From Candidatus Helarchaeota archaeon (GTDB lineage: Archaea; Asgardarchaeota; Lokiarchaeia; Helarchaeales; RDOG01), in NCBI GenBank assembly GCA_019058315.1, contig JAHPZH010000001.1:1201432-1265431 (forward strand): a DNA stretch of 64,000 bases, read 5' to 3'. Position 1 is the stretch's first letter. Each line of letters opens with the position of its first letter. A program made the translations under genes and the position numbers. Below, piece after piece: positions 62,545 through 64,000 of this stretch. The notes beneath the pieces were generated by a model, which was not told the DNA's origin, made no database searches, and worked only from the letters and a program-made list of their open reading frames with translations.

Positions 62545-63630
62545 GTGGAAAAATTGGATCTTGATGAAAAAGAGCTTAAGAGCCCATATTCGGCTTTTAG
62601 ATCTGTATTTGGGACTCAAGTAGTTGCAACGAAGGGCAGAGTTACTTATAAACTTAAAAAAATGAGAAAAAAAGCAACTCATTGTGCATTTGATGATAAA
62701 AAAACATTAGTAAAGAATAATGAATATATTGGTGAAGTGTTTTTTAATACCGAAACGGATAAATTTGAATGGAGATATGCACCTGAAAGTGAAGAAGAAT
62801 ATTCCATATTAGTAGTTAAAAACATTTTCCCAATTATTGATAAAACTATTGAAGATGTTAGTTCTAAAAATTTGGTTATTATTGAATCACGTGAACATCT
62901 TACTCATTTTCATCTATTGAGTCATAATAGCATGAAAGCTTGTTTAAAGTGCTATAAAACTTTGATGAAACAGTTCTATGATGATTATATTTGTTTTATT
63001 TTGTATAAAAATCAAGGCAAATCAGCTCAAAGTTCTATGGAACACATCCATAGCCAAATGGTCTGTCTAGATCAAATTCCTAATCGTCTCATTAATAATG
63101 CAAATGAAATTTTTAATAAAGACGACTGTGGGTTATGTAAACGCTATCATGAGCTTATGACTACAGACAACCAATATATTCTTAAAGAATATAAACATTT
63201 TATCGAATATTGTCCGAAATATATATATCCTTACACAATACGCATTTTAGCCAAACGTCATATCCCAAGTTTATTGGCTCTAACTGAAGATGAAATAACA
63301 GAACTTGCAAAGATAATTAAAATTTCTACAAATAGAATTATTGGAAATTTTGGTGATTTAGATTATAATATACTTTTTCATCAAGCTCCTAAAATATACA
63401 TAAACCGTTGGCATTTATTTATAGAAATTATTCCTCGAGGTTTAAATGAACCTGCAGGCTTTGAGATGTTAACTGGTATTCGTGTAACTGAAAACCCTGA
63501 ACGTGCAGCTGAGCAATTGAAAAGTGTTAAAACTCGTTGTGTTATGTGTGGGGAATATTATCTTGGCGAGTTAGGTTTATGTCCATATTGTGGTTATTTA
63601 AAACTCACATTAATAGAGGAAGATTTTTAA
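62545..63630 (+). CDS. GalT-like HIT-family nucleotidyltransferase with C-terminal zinc ribbon
   Basis: KNIFP, YKNQG..A.SS.EHIHSQ (HxHxQ), CGLC, WHLFIEIIPR, AGFE; CVMC..CPYC. Confidence 0.8.
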   Translation: MEKLDLDEKELKSPYSAFRSVFGTQVVATKGRVTYKLKKMRKKATHCAFDDKKTLVKNNEYIGEVFFNTETDKFEWRYAPESEEEYSILVVKNIFPIIDKTIEDVSSKNLVIIESREHLTHFHLLSHNSMKACLKCYKTLMKQFYDDYICFILYKNQGKSAQSSMEHIHSQMVCLDQIPNRLINNANEIFNKDDCGLCKRYHELMTTDNQYILKEYKHFIEYCPKYIYPYTIRILAKRHIPSLLALTEDEITELAKIIKISTNRIIGNFGDLDYNILFHQAPKIYINRWHLFIEIIPRGLNEPAGFEMLTGIRVTENPERAAEQLKSVKTRCVMCGEYYLGELGLCPYCGYLKLTLIEEDF

Positions 63631-63631
63631 A

Positions 63632-64000
63632 TTATCCCTCCCAATCCACATCCCCCTCAAATATTTTTTCTGAAGGTCCAGTCATATAAACATGATTATC
63701 ATCTGCCCATTTAATCTTTAAATCCCCCCCAGGTAAATGGACTGTAATTAATTGATTTTTTTTAACAAATTTATTTAGAACTGAACTAACAACCGAAGCA
63801 CAAGCACCTGTGCCACAAGCTAAAGTCTCCCCTGCTCCTCTTTCCCAGACTTTTAATGATAATTCTTCATCATTTATTATTTGCACAAATTCTACGTTTA
63901 CTTTATTTGGAAAGATTGGATGAGTTTCAAATTTTTTACCAATTTCAATATCGATTGAATTAACATTATTATCATAAATTATGCAGTGAGGATTTCCCAT
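63632..64000 (-). CDS. dapF: Diaminopimelate epimerase, C-terminal part (continues beyond the window)
   Basis: MGNPH, NVEF, WERGAGETLACGTGACA, LPGG.L, MTGP. Confidence 0.95.
   Translation of the reverse strand: MGNPHCIIYDNNVNSIDIEIGKKFETHPIFPNKVNVEFVQIINDEELSLKVWERGAGETLACGTGACASVVSSVLNKFVKKNQLITVHLPGGDLKIKWADDNHVYMTGPSEKIFEGDVDWEG

Overview
AT-rich archaeal chromosomal segment. Gene content points to an Asgard archaeon (Lokiarchaeia/Helarchaeales-like; this is inference): a Rab-like small GTPase, several longin-type domains fused to membrane or surface proteins, Cdc48, a proteasome beta subunit, a PAC2 chaperone, an eL13 domain, and many acyl-CoA/fatty-acid enzymes. About 65 CDSs. I found no rRNA, tRNA, CRISPR array or mobile element. 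The metabolic genes are mostly ordinary: 2-oxoacid:ferredoxin oxidoreductase, radical SAM enzymes, two FadD paralogues, thiolase/DUF35, two ADP-forming acyl-CoA synthetase alpha subunits, CooC, HypC, ArgRS and DapF. The most notable observations are: (i) a 7x winged-helix protein with UFL1 (UFM1 E3 ligase)-like repeats; (ii) a protein with Rpn1/Rpn2-like PC-repeat motifs; (iii) an eL13 domain fused to four helix-hairpin-helix repeats, downstream of an HSR/Phr-cdc48-PAC2 proteostasis run; (iv) a coiled-coil / 2021-aa single-pass surface receptor / probable pseudo-glycosidase operon; (v) three separate tandem triplets of unknown paralogues; (vi) several genes that apparently start at CTG or ATT, including the Rab GTPase, whose P-loop lies upstream of the called ORF. 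All family assignments come from motif recognition by eye; no database searches were run.
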